This document shows positions 62,401-64,000 of a stretch of DNA of 64,000 bases, one piece after another; position 1 is the first letter of the stretch, and each line of letters begins with the position of its first letter. The position numbers and the translations under genes were made by a program. The notes under the pieces were generated by a model that ran no database searches, was not told the DNA's origin, and was given only the letters and a program-made list of their open reading frames with translations. The stretch is from Raillietiella orientalis (Eukaryota), in contig JAYWIR010000046.1 in the NCBI GenBank assembly GCA_036172245.1, positions 682,001 through 746,000 of the forward strand, given 5' to 3'.

Positions 62401-63814
62401 CTAATTAGAGCGATGAATCGAAAGGTTTCATTTTATGATTGCTTGTGAATGCTCCACGAGTGCTTATATGAAGTTTCCGCTGGTGTGGTAGTCAGTGTGG
62501 AAGCAGGGTTGCTGGCTATTTGGATGACGAGTTTTTCCGTTTCTCGTCTGACAGAAACATGCAAATTGCGTCTTCGCGGTTTTTACTACGTTCAAATGAT
62601 GAGGATAGATTGGTTTGTAATTGCTGTTGGCTCGTAGCTTTATGCAAAGAATGTTCGAGATGAAGCGAAGAGAGTATTCTTTTGGGAACATTTTGGAATT
62701 CTCCACGCTTCGTGCTGATGCAATCGCTTTTTGTCTCCTACGAAAGAATTCCATGGCAGATGACTGGGACATTGTAAAATTCAATGAGATTCAGGGGAAA
62801 ATAAGCTTAAGAGACAGGAATCTTTAAAGTCTGCACGATTCTCTATTAGGGACACCGTTGGAATTTTTGATCCGCTATGGAACTTTTGAAACCAAACTGC
62901 TGGTAACTGCAAATGAGAAAACGACAAGCCGTGGAACAGGAGGGAAAAAAATACATGCCTGTTACGAATCCTTTGGATTCATTGGATTATTTCCATGTTT
63001 AATGGCTGCGTGGACCTGTAGTCAGTATCCCTTACTGGAAGACCATAGAGAAAGGCACGAAGGCATGAAATAAAGAATTGGGAAACAAGGTGGGAGCTCC
63101 GTGAGTGTGGAAGCCCAAAATAAGCAGCTACTGACATTCTGGCAAGCCTGGCAAACTTGTGAAACTTATGGGTTACTTCGATCTAATGAGATCAAATTTG
63201 AGAATCCTAAAGTAACTAGTAGGATAAAGAAAAAAAAAGAGCGGGGGAGGTACGAGGCAAAATCCATGAGCTTCAATCCCTGAGAGCATGAAGTTTCGTG
63301 GGTATTCCCGTAATCACATTACTCTGCCCCGTAAGTAATGCTTTCATTTCTCTGAAGCAATTCATTTCGGGAGAGAAGCGAGCTGGCCCCCCGCAGAAGG
63401 ATGCATTCGATGCTCTTTCGAGAGCGCTCTTCCTTCTGAGGTGAAGAACGAAACTCCCTAGGAAATCCACAAACTCATCCTCTTGCCACTCGCTCTGCAA
63501 CTGTGGACGAGGTTCGCGCTTGCTGCGCTTCGCATGTGTTGGACATCCGGAGGAGAGTTTCAGTTCCCTATTTGCAGCTTTTGATTCTTCCAGACGTTCT
63601 TACAACGTGTGGAGGCCATGTTTTTGTTGCTTGCCGAGGTGCGGGCATTGGAGCTTTCATAAGAAGCACCAATTTGGCAGGTAGTGAGATGGACACACTT
63701 CACATTCAACGTAGCAACAACAACACAGTCGTCACTTAAAAATGCGATGAAAGATTGACAGGAGTGAAGAAAATTAAGTTAAGAGAAAGCATTTTCTTCA
63801 GGCGAACTTCCGAA

Positions 63815-64000
63815 TTTTCTGGCTCCCAAGGAGTAGTGAAGAGGAACCGTTCCTTCAGGGGGAGGGGGGAGGGCAAAGAAAGCTCTTTAGTATTGTCCAT
63901 CCGACCCTAGAGTGCGTGTAACTCTCCAGGTTAGACGGTGACCCCGGAGGGACCATTCCATAAATCCAGGAAGCTATCGAGGGAAGGAGTCCTTTCCTCT
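63815..64000 (-). mobile_element. SINE-like element, copy 3 (3' part, cut by window end)
   Basis: gtgcgtgtaa (63912-63921) and aatccaggaag (63963-63973) are colinear with 46127-46136 and 46179-46189. Confidence 0.6.

Noticed and set aside
61608..62408. 266-aa plus-strand ORF
   Set aside because: GC-rich, has a non-ATG start and no recognisable domain.
1..64000. CRISPR arrays, operons, rRNA or intact tRNA genes, LTR retrotransposon pol
   Set aside because: No regularly spaced repeat-spacer array, prokaryotic gene density, rRNA match, full cloverleaf or integrase/protease motifs were seen.

Overview
Eukaryotic, probably invertebrate, repeat-dense DNA. The U2 fragment has the GATCAAAGTGTA variant familiar from invertebrate U2. 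I could not identify an intact, recognisable host protein-coding gene; nearly all ORFs in the track are fragments of decayed transposons or chance ORFs. Decayed non-LTR retrotransposons dominate. There are at least two APE-endonuclease L1/Tx1-like families: family A at about 11.0-12.8 kb and 55.7-60.5 kb, and family B in a cluster at about 15.9-35.1 kb. There is also one restriction-like-endonuclease (NeSL/Utopia-like) element at about 8.2-10.7 kb. Other features are three copies of a tRNA-headed SINE-like repeat, a 5' U2 snRNA fragment, remnants of an HMGXB3-like KDZ transposase and a Merlin/ISXO2 transposase, and two CpG-rich islands with candidate first exons. The most notable pattern is that LINE copies repeatedly sit head-to-tail, each starting at the conserved 3' terminal motif of the previous copy, which suggests self-targeted or sequence-specific insertion. 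All calls were made by eye from motifs, no database search was run, and element boundaries are approximate.
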